In this document: positions 1 through 11,705 of the stretch, in pieces
Position numbering within the stretch: position 1 is the stretch's first letter
Layout of the letters: the number at the start of each line of letters is the position of its first letter
Assembly (NCBI GenBank): GCA_964036045.1
Contig: OZ038378.1
Coordinates: 109,120,001-109,184,000, forward strand
From: Eutreptiella sp. 'Long Island Sound 2002'
Taxonomy: Eukaryota > Protista > Euglenida
DNA: 64,000 bases
Direction: 5' to 3'
Notes under the pieces: generated by a model
Seen by the model: only the letters and a program-made list of their open reading frames with translations
Databases searched by the model: none
What the model was told of the DNA's origin: nothing
Position numbers and translations under genes: made by a program

Positions 1-1493
1 CCGCCCTGGTCAACCAGGACCAGTGGAAGCGCAACAAGACCTACCTCTGGCATGAGGACCGGATAGTTGTGCCTAGGGACCGTATCGTGGCACTGCTCAT
101 GTGGAGCAATAAGTCCAGTGGTCATGTGGGAGCAAACCGTACCCTGAGGCTGCTCTAGCAGTGGTTCTACTCTACGTGGACTGACGACAAGCTGCGGAAG
201 ACCCTCCAGCCTATCGTGGACTTGTGCCCGTGTCGGTCCTGTAAACCTGGGGAAATGAGGGACAGAGGTCTCTATACGACACTCCCTATCCCCGACTGTG
301 CCAAAAGTGTTCTCTACGTGGACTACACGGAGATGCCTAAGTTCTGGGGCTACGACTTTGCCCTACTGGTAACCTCTGGGCTGGCCAGGTTTACCAGGGT
401 GTTCCCATGCACTAAACACATCACCGGCGAGGAGCCCATCAAGATACTCCTCGAAGAGTGGTTCTGTGTCTATGGGGCACCCAAAAAGATTAACTCAGAC
501 GAGGACGTCCGAGTACGCTCCCACACCCGCTGGTAGGAGAGAGTCCTGAGTTCCCTCAATGTCCAGGTGTCAACAGGGATTCCATATACTCATACGAGTA
601 ACCCACTATGTGAGCGACAGATTCGTTTTCTCAAAGAGAACGTGAGGATATGGTGCAAGACTGAGCGCACCAAATACTGGGTGAGACTACTCCCCGTCAT
701 CTCCTTGATGATGAACTCCCAAGAGAGTTTGGCAACTGGCTATTCACCCCATGAGCTGTTTATGGGACGCCCGGCGTGGTTCCTACACGCTCCTTATCCT
801 GAGGATTCCTACTCCACTGTGGGTAAGTGCATGAAGGAGCAACAACACAAGGTGGACAAGCCCAAGGCTATGCTCCAGAGAGTCAGGGAGCGCCAGTGGA
901 ACAAGAAGAACAAGCACCGGGTGCCCGCCTCCTGCAAAGAGGGTGACTGGGTGCTGGTGCACCACAGTCGGCTACCCGTCTGGCCACGCTCAAGCAGCGA
1001 TGAACCCTACTTTGGACGCTACAAGATCCTGTCTGTGGATGGTCACCGCATCACTGTGCGGTGTTCTCCCGGACTAGGGGGGACCCTGGTGTGCGCTGCT
1101 CAACAGCTCAAGCGCTACTACAACGCAGAGGACCTCTGTGGGGAAGAATGGGAACTAAACAACGAGGAGATCGCCGCTCTGGACCTACAGGGCGCTGCCA
1201 GCCCAATCGAAGTTGAAGGAAAACTTGCCGACATGAATGCCGAGGACATGGCAAAGGAAGGCTTCAACCTGGTGAAGTCGGTTATCCGACGACACTATCG
1301 CCAAGGGTGGTATTTCCTCAGCCTCTGGGAAGGATTTGGAGTTGAAGAAGCTACCTGCGAACCCTTCTCTGCCTTTGTGCTTCCTGAGGGACGCCTGAAT
1401 TCTGTTCTGGTAGCTTACTTGTCCCAAAACAACCTAGGAGAGTTGCTGAGGCTCGCTGAAACACTTGCCTCTCAGAAGAAGCCTAGGGACTGA
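1..1493 (+). mobile_element. Ty3/gypsy chromovirus-type LTR retrotransposon 3' part: integrase + chromodomain (pseudogene)
   Basis: Zn-binding GHVG...CPCRSC, DDE-like LYVDYTEM / INSDEDVR / NPLCERQIR, GPY-like PYFGRYKIL, and a chromodomain-like tail (VKSVIRRHYRQGWYFLSLWEGFGVEEATCEP). In-frame TAG stops at 156-158 and 534-536. Confidence 0.9.
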
Positions 1494-1752
1494 ACCCTTC
1501 CTATACCTGCCTATGTGTGTGTGAGTGTGCTGAACCTGAGGACCTATGAGCAAGCTACAGAAATGGTGTCCTAATTATACCCAAGTCTGCACCCCTGCTG
1601 AACCCGGCGGATGTCTTTACACGGTGCCACGGGGTACGCCCCGGGTTTCTCCGCCCCTAGGTGCCCAATTTCTGTGCTGGCACCAGACTTCCTTGGGGGA
1701 ATACCCAGCATTAACGCCAAGGTATTGGTTTTGCTACCTGCCTGCCTACTAC

Positions 1753-1800
1753 AGGGGAGGGGTGGCCAAAAGCTATGAGGCATGAAAACGCTTGCTTGCT
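1753..1800 (+). repeat. Candidate polypurine tract (AGGGGAGGGG, 1753-1762) followed by TG, the possible start of the 3' LTR
   Basis: Position downstream of the integrase stop and a purine run followed by TG. The LTR end could not be located. Confidence 0.35.
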
Positions 1801-2344
1801 ACGCGGCCAAAGCCTAGACTACCACTGCCACTGCCCCGCAAAACCCTGATAAAATTTCACGAAAGAGGCGTGACACTGACACCCACACTACAAGTCCTAC
1901 ACTCACTACAGTGGCACCAGCCATCGAAGGATGAGCGAGCTCTGGGCTCAAGCCCTCAGCCTGACTTACCACTCCTACAACCACACACGCTACTTGGTGT
2001 TGTTGAAGAGCGTGCTCAGGCCCTAGTGGCCCACCTGTGAAAGGACAAGAGAACACAGCCCTACTAAGCGACTGTCGCCTAACAGGGAGGCCACTACGCA
2101 TTTCCTTGTCAGGGCTTGGAGGGAAGGAGTGCTCTGTTTGCGTGCACAGCGTGTATGTCGAGGATGTCGGACTGCCTTCGCCACTCGTGGCTGAGGTACA
2201 GTTTGTTGATTGCGTGATCAGCGCCGCTTTTAGCGTGGGCATAAAAATCCAAAGTCGCCGAAGGCCACTGCTGCTGCACCAATTCACCCTTACCTTCCCA
2301 CCTGTAAAGCAAAGGCGAATGAACTGGGTTTGAGACGGAGGAAC

Positions 2345-2530
2345 CAAGCCAGCCTCCACGTGTTATACGCTTCCTAGGCTGACCTATAATATGCTGTTCC
2401 CAAACCCAGTTGCAAGCAAGCAAGCTTAAGGATCTCCACCCGTTCTCTTATAGAACGTGGGGTGGAGCCCCTGGGTAACCTAAACAAGGGTTATACCGTG
2501 CGCAACACGCGTGGCCTACCCTTTGATGCG
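2345..2530. repeat. Dispersed repeat, LTR/leader-like; inverted homolog at ~43410-43600
   Basis: Shared blocks GCAAGCAAGCAAG, TTCTCTTATAGAACGT and GGCCTACCCTTT read on + here and on - at 43.4-43.6 kb. Confidence 0.6.
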
Positions 2531-4053
2531 CCATATGCATGCAGGGGTATGCACGAAGCTTTCAATCCACTGTTTTAACCATCTCTTTCTTAACAATCCA
2601 TACCACAATCACGAACTCAACCAGGGGGTGGGCCCTCCTGCGCTTACTGACCTTACCTACCGCTGGACAGAGAAAGCAATTGAGTGAGGAAAATGAAACA
2701 CAAGCGAAGCAAGCGTTTATGCACGCGTGTGTATGTTGTAATCACCCGATCTCACCTCTAATCATCATGCAATCTTCAAATCAATCCCTCTACTTTGTGT
2801 TTGCGTCGCTAGACGGCGAGTTCACGGTAACACGAGACAAGCAATGTGAATGCTGTATACGAAGCAAACAAAACCTGTATGTGTATACCTTGTTCTGCGA
2901 ATCTCTATTGAACTATCGAATTCTTCATTCTTGAATTTTCCTGTAAGCATGGGTGGAATACCTACGTTTGTAATTTATTGTGTGTTTCGTCATTTCTTGA
3001 TTATTGCGTGACATACTGTTATAATATTATTGTCTTTGTCTTTTCTGGCGCCCAATTAGGATGCGCTCCGGCGTGCCGCTTTTCTCTGCGTGTAAATCCA
3101 GGAATTTAAAAATTCCTGTGATGAAATCAAATTTCGTAAAAATGTGCATTTAATGCACATGGAGATTCTGGACAGGTGTGTGCCCTCAGAAAAATTCTAG
3201 GCCGTCATTTGACGGATTTTGGTGTTTGTGTCGATCGTTGCGTGTTTGTCAGTCTCTCAACCCTTTGTCCCTTCTCTGCAGATATCTTGGAGCGCAAACA
3301 GTGGAGTAAGCCGTGTTCAGGCCGAAAACTGACTCATGGACCACTGTCCAGAATCCCATACCCCCATGAGGGTAAGATAATTTTCAACGCCACTAAGGAC
3401 AAATCAGGTTAGACAGCAGGTTGAACGAGTCTCTAGATAGCGTGCCCTGATCGTATCCTGCGTTGGGTTTTGTGTATTGCACTGCGTTTTGCTATTTGGA
3501 GGGAGCGGTGTATGCACACATGAATTGGCATGCCCATTCTAACCCCCTATCAAGCCACAGCTGCCCCAGCGACGCCAATGAGCGCAGTGGGAGCTGTAGG
3601 TGTCTGTTTTGACAAAGCAAAACCTGGCGACTGCCCTGCCGCAGCGCCTTCTTTCCAATGTTAGGGATGTCATAGGAAATTTTAAATAGATGTTGAAGCC
3701 ATTGGGAGGCCAAGAAAAATTCCCTTTTCCTTTAGAATGCGACAGTGGTGGCCACCACAGCACAAGGGGGGAGTAAGAAAAAGTGTATTTCCCTGCTAAA
3801 AGGTTAGCTTTAGTTGTAATAGAGAGGCCTAAAGGCATAACACATTTTTATCTCAGTATTGGCCTAACCAAAAAGGGGTTACAAGACATTTTGACGTATA
3901 AAACCAAGCATTAAACTATGGATGTTGTGTGGACCCCTGACCCCCCAACTGATTGTACTTATGCACCATTCCCTGGAGTGACTGAGGAGCTGACATTGAT
4001 CTAGAGCCTATACATTTTTCTATACCTTCTCATGAATGCTTAGCTATCCTACT

Positions 4054-4120
4054 GCTCTGCACCCTAGGGGGCTGTGGCACCTCTTTTTGAGAGGTCCTGG
4101 ATTCAATTCCCAGTCAGCCT
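4054..4120 (+). pseudogene. Degenerate tRNA-derived sequence (tRNA-Pro-like; possible SINE head)
   Basis: GAGAGGTCCTGGATTCAATTCCCAGTCAGCCT resembles the 3' half of eukaryotic tRNA-Pro (T-arm/B-box), with upstream CTAGGGG. The cloverleaf is incomplete. Confidence 0.4.
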
Positions 4121-4557
4121 AGCTAGGTAGGAAGATCCCATGGGACATGGCAGTGACCTCAGCGCCACAAGCCATGCCACCTCAGCACCTATGGGACCCG
4201 AAACAAAGAGTGCACATCTCTAGATGGCACTATAAAAGAGAGGATGCCCATGTGGGCAGTTTTCCCTTGATTGTAGGATACTTTCTAACTATCTTTTCAT
4301 AAATCTGTAGTTATTGTGAGTTTTCTTGGTTGCTACACTATCTCCTTTGACTGCAGCCCTTCATGTTGTGCATTTGATCTTGTGGTCCTTTGCCTGCACT
4401 GTGGGTACGTTTTTTTGGTTGATTTCATCAAACCATTTTTGTTTGGAAAACCTGAACTACATCAAGAAGCAGCAGAAGCAAGCGGGGGCACAAACAAAAC
4501 AATATCATCAAAGCAATCAACAGTGAAAGCCTGTTCTAACTTTCTAGTACTGGCGAA

Positions 4558-6021
4558 GTGATCAATGTCTCCAAGCAGGATGACCAAGGGAACAAGTGCA
4601 CTTTGACAGCATGCCGTATTGAGGATATCGAAGAGACACCATTAGCCCGTTTCCGGGACTGGCAGTACTCGTTGTTGGTCGTGAATGCTGACCTTTTCGT
4701 GGAATATGACTCTGCAGGATTTGTTCCGAAGTGGCTGTTCGATGTGGTAATGTTGGGAAAGGACGTCATTTTCTATGGCGATTTTTATGTTGTGCACCGT
4801 ATTGGCCGTGACATGCAGAGGCTGTGGCGTATGGAGAAGCACAAGGATCCAACTACTCCGCCTTTCTATCATGCCCGGTTGCCGGTATACTCTTGGTTGT
4901 TGGGTTCCGTTACAAGCAACATGTATTAGTTTGACGAGCACTGTATGTGGATCGGAACAACCAGTCGCTGGGATAAGCAGGTATATCTGCTTTCTCCATC
5001 GATTTCTATGCCGTTGTGTGCGCGAGGGCTCGCGCACTGCTGTCTCCGTTATTCGTCTTTATTCATCGCATTTGCAGTTGTTGAACCATTTGACGCATTC
5101 TGATGGACATTTCAAAGGGATGCACAACAAGAACCTCGGTGGTTTCATGCCTCTGATTCACGTGCTCTGATACCTTGACAAGTATCTTTTGGACTGTGGG
5201 CATGCTGATGCAGTGGTTGTTGTGGATGACACGCCTGCCATGGCCGCAAAGATTGCGATGTCGGACGAGTCAGGGGGGACTAAAGTGGCGTTTCAAGCTG
5301 TGTCAGTGATCAAGCAAAAGGACCCTGCGAATGCCGTTGGAGGTGCTCTCCAGCATGCCTTCATCATGCGCTACATGTTGGAAGCCGATCAAACGGAGCA
5401 GGGAGCGACAGCTTCAACTTGGGATACTCAAGAAGAGTGGCTTCTGCGTGGCATTCCACTGTAGGTTCTAGACAGCAGCCGAGGGTTCGAAGGGCACCAG
5501 AAGGCGCATGCTGCAGAAGACGTCCAAGAACAGATGGTGACTGAGGCGCCCCCCGACGGAAGTGAGCATGTTGCGCCTGCACCTACCTTGCCAAGCCAAG
5601 CCAAGGTGAAGAAGACTGCCAAAGTTGTACCAACTCAGGGTACTGCAGCCAGAAAAGGAACCTCCTCGAGTAGCAAGAAGCAGGCGAAAGGAAAGGAGAA
5701 GGAATCAAAGAAGCCCGGAGAATCAGACGATGACGATGCCGAAAAGGAGACAGAAGAAGGGGATCTGGCGCAAGTGCTGGAGACCCAGCAGAAGCGCAAG
5801 CGGGCACCCGCCACTCACTTCGATGCGAGTCCCGATGATTCGGGTAAGGACCAGCCAAAGAAGAAAGCAATGACTGCTACGACTGCTAGTTCCGAGTTCA
5901 AGCCGCCCTCATGTTCTGGTGCTAAGCCATCCCGCTGTACTGTTGCCTCCCCAAGTGGGACAAGTACGGTGGCAAGAAGCCTGGGTTCCGGGTTGGCTAA
6001 GGTTGCAGGACCGAAGAAGAA
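4558..6021 (+). pseudogene. Spliced pseudogene of unknown product, probably transposon-borne; K/E-rich low-complexity C-terminal part
   Basis: Phase-0 GT-AG intron 4981-5077 joins ORF 4558.. to the frame of ORFs 4775/5189/5534. Single stops at 4927, 5168 and 5462. A GTAAGT donor at 6022 suggests a further intron. Confidence 0.55.
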
Positions 6022-6226
6022 GTAAGTCATCATTAACCCATGTGTTTTTTTCCCTTTTTTCAGTCATGTGTGCTCGAGGCCTCGCGCACTCGCCTCCGAC
6101 GCAAATGCAATTATTTACCCTTAAGGGCTTGTACAATTTTGCCGAACGTTTATTTCAGTGCTTGTATGTTGTGCATTTGTGTCCTGTTTTTGTTGTCTTC
6201 TTTACACAATTGTTTCCGCGATCGTG

Positions 6227-6248
6227 AGTGCGCGAGGCCTCGCGCACT
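6227..6248. repeat. Perfect 22-bp palindrome AGTGCGCGAGGCCTCGCGCACT; variants at ~5018, ~6069 and ~11670
   Basis: Read directly; self-complementary. Confidence 0.85.
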
Positions 6249-6579
6249 GAGGGACAGAAAAAAGCAATTCATTTTGTAGGACAAACTTAGGTACAACTGG
6301 AGACCCACAGAATGTTATTTTTGAAAATGAGCACCTCAAAAGGCAAGCGCGAGTGGGATTTTGAAATACAAAAGCAACAACATTGGTAAAACACACCCTT
6401 CAGATCAGACAAAATCATAGTTTGTTTTGGTAAACAAAACTTAAAAAAAAGCAAAATGCGTAAAAACCTATTTTTTTGGTGGTGTCTAATTCATGCTTGC
6501 TGCAAATGTCCAAAAAGAATAGTTTTTCCGGCTGCCGTTTTTTGCGGCCGCCTCTTCCAAAAGGGGGTGCAGTTTGCGT

Positions 6580-8830
6580 GGGCTAAGTTCTTGGCCTTGG
6601 CGGCGATGGCGGCACTCCTGCCGATCTCGATCTTGTTGATCTGCGCCTCACGCTCAGAGTCCTAGATCCTCCTCTTCAGGTACACGATCCATCGCCAGAT
6701 ATCCTCAGGGATGCCTGCCCCCGGCGGTTTGTCAGGGGGGGTCTCCACCTGGTGGTCCTCTAGGGCGTCCCCTGTCTGGTGGTCATCTATATGGAGGTCC
6801 ACCCGGTGGTCCTCCTCCTGGCGGTCCTCCGGGTGGTCCTCCGGCTCGGGGTTCAAGTGGGCCACCATCCGGGGGTCCTCCCCTGCTGGATGGGACGGCA
6901 TCTGGGCTGACCTCCATGTTGTCGTATATGTCCATGTCTCCCCATCGGGGTTCGGATCTCGGCGGGGGTCGGCCGGGGGTGCTTTCCGTACTACGGCAGG
7001 AAGGTCGGCGACCCTCTCGATCCGAATTTGGAGGTGAGTTGTCCCCTCCTCCGCCACCGGCTCGTGCCACTCAGACCTTGCAGCGTGTGGGCTGGTGGCG
7101 AGGTCGGCGGCTTCGTCCATCCCCATCGCTGCAGCTGACGAGGGGGTCGGAGCCGTGGGGGTGCATCTAGGGCGAGGTCTTCTGCTTGTCCCTGCGGCGG
7201 GGACGGGTGGCGGGGCGGCTGCCCTCGCTGCTCCCAGAGTCCTCCGCGTCCAGGTCGATCTTCATCTCGGAGGCGGCGTCCCCGTCGAAGAACCCCCGGA
7301 GGGTGTCCACTCAGGACCCTCCCGGGGGCGTCTCGCGGCGGATCTTCCTCTCGGCGTCCTCCATGGCCGCGGCGGTTGCCTCCGCGGCACGCCTCTCGGC
7401 GTCCTCGTGGGCACCAGCAGCAGCCGGGCCTTCTCCGCCTCCAGGGCCCTGAGCTCCGCCACGGTCTTGGCCTTCTCCTCGCCGACGTTCCATCGCGCGG
7501 TCTCGATGGCCTCTTGCTTCGCGGCGTCCGCTTGAACCTTTAGCTCCGCCTCCTTTTGTGCCCTATCTTGGGCTAGGGCTCGCTCCAATGCCTTCACCTC
7601 CGCCTTCTTCTTCGCCACCGCCTCCTGGGCGGCGCGGGCCTCGCAAGCAACCGCCGCTTCCCGCGCGGCTGCCTCCGCCTCACGCCCCTCACGGGGAGCC
7701 GCCGCTTCCTGCGCGGCTGCGGCCGTAAGTGCGGCCGAGATGGCCACCACAGCCGAGGCGTGGATCGCCATGCCGTGGTCCCCGTGAACGGCCCCCTCCT
7801 GGTCGATCACGACCGCTCCTTCCACCGCAGCTTTCTGCTGCGTGGCCCGGTCTCGGGCAACCCGGAGGTTGCAGGGCACGCCGCAGACGCGCTCGCACGC
7901 GCTGACGAGTTCGCCTCACTGAGGGGCGAGGAAGGGTGGGGCCACACTGCTGCTGCTGCTGGCGGAGAGTCCCGGGCGGGCCGGCACTCCCCGGTGGGCC
8001 GACTCCACATCGGTGCTTGGACCTCAGCGCTTTAGGTGCAGCGGACGGGCGGGCTTGGCCTTGGATCTAGTCTAGTTTGGGCAGGTCCATGGGTTGTCTT
8101 TGAACCCCTGTACCTGCATGCCACTTAGAAGATGGGACCTAGGGATGGGATATGGTTGGGGACTGAGTGTCTATTGCCCTGGGGCGCCCCTGGCCGAGTC
8201 CATGGCTTACCCCACCTGTGTACATGTCCTTATGTGTTTTATGTACATACCTTTGTTTTGTTTCAGAGTGGCATTCGGGCGACCTCAATGAAGTCGCCCA
8301 GGGTGGTGGCTCTCGGCCGGCGGGCGCCCTTGCATGCGGTGGGGGCGCGCGGGTCTTCAGCCGGTTGGTCCCCTTGGTGGAGGTCGGGGCTGAAGTCGGC
8401 GACGTATCGGCTGTCACGCCAGACACTCTACCGCTTCCGCTGCCACGCGTACTCGTAGCCCAAGGCTTGGAGTTCCGCTTGGATCTCGCGATGATGGCTC
8501 ACATCCTCGCGGATCTCCACGTACTTCGGGGCAGCTTCCCCCCGGGGCCGAGAGTGCCATTCCCGCTCCAGCCCCCGCATGAAGCTGCGGATGATGGCCA
8601 GGCTGGGCACCCTGGTCGCGTGCTCGGGGCTGGCCATGGGGCTTGGTGGCGGCTGTTGCTGGTTGTTGGTGCGGAAGATACAAAGGGTCGTCGATGAGGA
8701 GGTTCTCGGGGTTGGGATACTCGCGGGCTCCCGAGTGGCACGCTGAGATGGGGTACCTCAGCGGCGGTAGGATACTTTTGACGCATTCCCGTGGGGGGGG
8801 CCTGGCCTTGGGACGCTGCGGCGGACACGC
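6580..8830 (-). pseudogene. Decayed gag-like / coiled-coil (Ala-Glu-Arg rich) gene with an intron at 8030-8250; family unassigned
   Basis: ORFs 8428..8637, 7262..7879, 7311..7493 and 6662..7126 link through single stops or frameshifts. AAG|GTATGT donor and CTAAAG| acceptor join in phase 0. Confidence 0.5.
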
Positions 8831-9000
8831 AAGCAAGCAGGCAGGCAAAGCACTGCGCTCACAAGGGCATCCTCATAGAACAAAGCCTTCTAGGATCCTT
8901 CTAGATCCCTGCCAAGGGACAGGCCTCCCGGCCAGCCACGGACGCGTTCCCAGGAACCGATAGACTCCAAGCCCGGCCGACAATAGTTCACTACGCTCCC

Positions 9001-10700
9001 TTGACGGTAGGTCCCAAATCCTTTCTGAGCTCGAGATATGGCCCCGCCATTATCCCCTAGGAGTTGGGGGCTGAAGATGGGCTGTTTCAGCCCGTCCTGA
9101 TTTTTGCTGAAAAAAGTCCAAAATTGAACCCTCGGCAGGGCCATACAGGGGTAGGTGCGAAGCAACCAACCCTCTACCCTTCGAGTGCGAACTCCCTAGA
9201 GGCCCTATGCAACTTGATTCCCCCAGATTCCGAGGCATCTTGGCGCCAAGGGGTCGCCACGTGGGGTCACAATGCCAAAATTGGCAAAATCGGCCATCTC
9301 GTGTGGCCGACCAGGGTTGGCTTCCGTAGCGATCCCATCACGCCAAGTCTTAATCCATAGGCCTTGATATCCCCTTTGGTCCCGCGCATCGGTATTTAGC
9401 TTCTTGTCACATTGGCTGCCTGCTGTTCCCCGAGGGGATGCTCGCGCCACGGGGCAGAAAACAGCAAGAAAGGCAAAGTTTGGTAACATCGCGCGCACCG
9501 TAAGGTGCATAACTCCGGCTAGGCCGGAGGAGCAAATGCGAGACTCTAGGGAGAGTGACCCTTGGTGATATGCTACAAGAATAGTCACTCCCGCCTAGCT
9601 AGGTCCCTTGCCCCATGGAGATATGGTGTTCCCAACTTGGCCCAAAATGGCAAAAACAGCGAAAATTGGCCGACACGGCCCATACTCACGTTCCCGTATC
9701 TCCTTGGTCATGGCGAGCAATAATCTAACCAAAATTGCTATAGACCTATGGGACTTAGGTCCCAATATATGTGCCATGTCAACCCTCGACGTGGCCTCTA
9801 ATCAGTTTTCCCCTTAGCCAAAAAATGGTACATGAAAAATGGCAAGAGGCAGCATACCCCATATTGAGCCACCCATGGCTCTCCCATCGCAAAGAGAGGA
9901 CACTAGGGGATACACCCTATGCGAGGCGGGTTTATGTCCCCTTTCCGAATCGCCCTTAACCTTGGACAATGGGCGCATACGGCCCGGGGGCGAACATTAA
10001 GGGGGAGATGGGGTTTGGCGCCATTATTGCCAAAAAGAGGGTTAGGAGTCCCAAAAGTGTTTACTCCAAAAAGTGTATCTCCGGTTCCCAAAGGTGATGG
10101 ACTTTGGGCCCTTACATGGAAGCAATCAGGAGTCTTAAGTCCCTTTATCAACATTAACTCGGGTCTGAAGCGCAAGAAAAACCATTTTTAACCCTTCGGC
10201 CCTTGGAGCACACGAAAAGTGGGAAATATGGCCAAAATGCCAATGTTGGGACATATATGCCCATGGCACACCAAGGCCGATATGATATGGCACATACCCA
10301 AATTGAAAGACCCATGGGAAGTGTTTACAAACATACTTACTATGGGTCAAGTCCTCCCTTGGATCCCAAGTCAATCATGAATGCATATGGGCACGCGTGC
10401 AACAAGCAGGTTCGGCGCGCGTGCCCACAAGGCAATGTTGTATAAAATAGTAGATAGGCTTGGAAAGATCAAACAAACCATGCACGATATCCTTCGTGCT
10501 CTTTAGTTTCCATATTGCTTTGGTGCAGGGCTCACATGGCCCTTGGCTTCGAAAACGAGCCTTGGCACCACGGCCATTTTGGCCAAATTTTAGAGGAAAA
10601 GTCGTCCTTTCAAGCAGCCATGTTTTGGCACGCATTGAATTGCGTGGAGCCATTGATGGGCTGGCTCAAAAATCGAAAATGACCTAGGGCTATTGGTCTT
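9001..10700. repeat. Non-coding MITE-like block built from GGCCAAAAT / GGGACTTAGGTCCC-type short motifs
   Basis: Recurring short motifs in both orientations and no credible ORF. Boundaries are approximate. Confidence 0.3.
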
Positions 10701-11648
10701 GTGACATTATGTTAAGTTTTTTACGTTCATGCTCACAAGTACACAAAGTTAGCGTTTGCTCGCTATTTTGACTTAAGTTTTTCGCACCCATGTGTGTCCC
10801 AAAACACCCCTAAAAGCCGCTTCCCCAAAGGAAGCGATATGCCCATGTGAAAGGGGCATGGAAGGAAGACAAAGGGGAGAGATGTAGGGTTCACTACAAA
10901 TTCATGGTCAATGAGAACCATGAGTTCGGTCGCTTGACGGAAGAGCTTTCGCGTCGATTTCCTCCCAAACGCGACGGCAAAAAACTCTGGTGAGCACACC
11001 AGATGAAAGTACATGAAAAACCCTACAGATCCATCCCTTAACTTCCTTTCCAACCTCAAAGGCACACGAGAAAAGATCCAAACACGCCGCCAACACGCGC
11101 GCAGGCGACGACAGGCGACATTTTCACGGCGGCGAGAAATCGGGTCAAAATAATCGATTTCAATCGATTTCCCGCAAGATTCGATCATGAAATTGGAATT
11201 ATAAAACCTCCTGATCGATTTAATCGATTGGGAACGTTAGTGCCGGGATCGGTTCCATGCCGGCTCCCAATGGGCTGGAGGAAACATATCCCTACAAGCA
11301 AAACGGAGAATAGGGAGAATAACGGGGAAAAACAGACGTTTGCCCTGTGGGCCATGGGGTCCTGGGTACCGCTTCACTACCAGAAAAATTTAAGTAATTC
11401 GCCAAAACCACCATGTGCTTTTTTGCGCCGAAGACATGCATTTTTGGGGGTAATTGGCTTAGGCGGCTCAAGTTGCATGGTATAAAACAACAGAAAATGC
11501 CCGAAATACAGGGGCTCAAAAAAAAAACCGAAAAGAGCATTCTTTGGCTTACAAAAAAGCAAGCCGTTTCTGAAACACCAAAAAAACTCTTAGGTAAGGA
11601 ATTTTGGCCCTTTTTGTGGTCCCGATGGGTCCAAAAAAATGCATTTTG

Positions 11649-11705
11649 GGGGGCAATGGACTGTTCCTTGCGCGCGGCCTCGCGCATAGAGCAGTCCATT
11701 GCCCC
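11649..11705. repeat. Hairpin: 17-bp stem (1 mismatch) around a GCGCGCGGCCTCGCGC palindrome variant
   Basis: GGGGCAATGGACTGTTC ... GAGCAGTCCATTGCCCC. Confidence 0.75.
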
